Source: Owenia fusiformis
Taxonomy: Eukaryota
Length of the DNA: 64,000 nucleotides
NCBI GenBank assembly: GCA_903813345.2
Contig: CAIIXF020000001.1
Location: 40,858,001 to 40,922,000 of the forward strand
Direction: 5' to 3'
Shown: positions 63,201-64,000 of the stretch, one piece after another
Layout: each line of letters starts with the position of its first letter
Position numbering within the stretch: position 1 is the stretch's first letter
Notes under the pieces: generated by a model
The model's input: only the letters and a program-made list of their open reading frames with translations
Told to the model about the DNA's origin: nothing
The model's database searches: none
Translations under genes and position numbers: made by a program

Positions 63201-64000
63201 GAGCACGGTCATGTTTGAATATATTATTGATTAATTTAATTGTTTTATTCATTATTGTAATTTTGTCCAGGATTTTAGCATTAGATGATCCTGGTTCAAG
63301 GACTGGAGTTTGAATGACTTAATGGGAGTTGATTGAGGTAATCAGGCTTAGTTTTTACCAGTATATATTGCTCCATTCCATCTGTCTCAGGCTTCAGTTT
63401 AGACAGCCTGGTCAGCCTTGGGGATCGCTTTCCACTTCCAGCCTCAGATCCTTTGAAGGAGAATACACTATTCAATGGTGTCAATGGGGACATTGTAAGC
63501 TTGGTCCTGAAACAAAAACCATGTTTCAATGTTAAAAGTTATCGAATGATTTGAAGTGCAATACAGGATATATTCTGCTAGAGAAATGCTGAATCGTTCC
63601 TTAAGTTAAGATTTCCTTAATCCATTGTTCTTTATGAAGTCATTATAAGGGTTACACCAATTGATTTAGAAATTCTTTATTTGTTGAAAGTTTCTTTGGG
63701 CCTCTACTTAATTAAGTTTTTTTTTTTTATTTAAAGCCAATGTAGTTGTTGATGGTTAATGAAAAAATATAGGAAAATAATGAATACTAGTATTTCTTAC
63801 TGTCTCATCTTCAAGTGGCCTGGGCTGACAGGAGGTGTCCTATTGAACAGTGGAAAGTATTTCTTAGCATTCTCTCTGGGGCTATCACTTTTCACATCAG
63901 GGACACTGGGACTTCCATTTTTCGAACCAGAACTACTAAGACTATCACATTTCCCATTTGGGGTTCTGGGGCTTGATCGCTTGATAGATGAAACAGATGT
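60287..64000 (-). CDS. ESCO2: Cohesin acetyltransferase ESCO1/2 (Eco1), 3' exons: >64000-63801, 63506-63359, 62453-62322, 62063-61974, 61567-61487, 61257-61028, 60419-60287
   Basis: PIP-like QYILDAGQK, C2H2 finger CPTCHMRY...DEASHSKFH, acetyltransferase CGISRIWV...[21 protein letters not shown]; phases consistent. ESCO1 versus ESCO2 is not resolvable. Confidence 0.93.
62672..62822. repeat. About 150-bp near-perfect hairpin, TE-derived (possibly a Crypton-like end), in an ESCO intron
   Basis: ATGATAGGCCATTCAATATGGTGAAATTCAGCAC... versus ...GTGTTGAATTTCACCATATTGAATGGCCTATCAT. Confidence 0.65.

Overview
Eukaryotic, AT-rich, intron-rich animal genomic DNA. The repeat landscape and single-exon TLR suggest an invertebrate, possibly lophotrochozoan, but the species cannot be determined. 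Genes were assembled by hand from GT-AG exons: the 5' end of SMAP1/2 ArfGAP (-); an unknown 425-aa protein with a Q/Y-rich prion-like N-terminus and about 17 14-residue [VIL]xWxF repeats (+); MRGBP (-); a 20-exon KH-DEAD-box helicase DDX43 (+, 20451-57427); and the 3' part of ESCO1/2 (-). DDX43 hosts two antisense nested genes, an intronless Toll-like receptor and a 3-exon 290-aa secreted protein. Striking non-genic structures are: (i) a 6.1-kb palindrome-of-palindromes built from Academ-like transposon 3' ends, carrying nested mariners and inserted 28 bp after the MRGBP stop codon; (ii) a 3.65-kb non-autonomous Polinton/Maverick-type element (AGTAGT termini, 6-bp TSD) that is almost all TIR; (iii) 18 tandem copies of a DDX43 splice acceptor and about 17 tandem copies of the TLR stop-codon region. 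Many MITEs, Helentron-like elements and a tRNA-derived SINE are also present. No database searches were run; family calls rest on recognised motifs.
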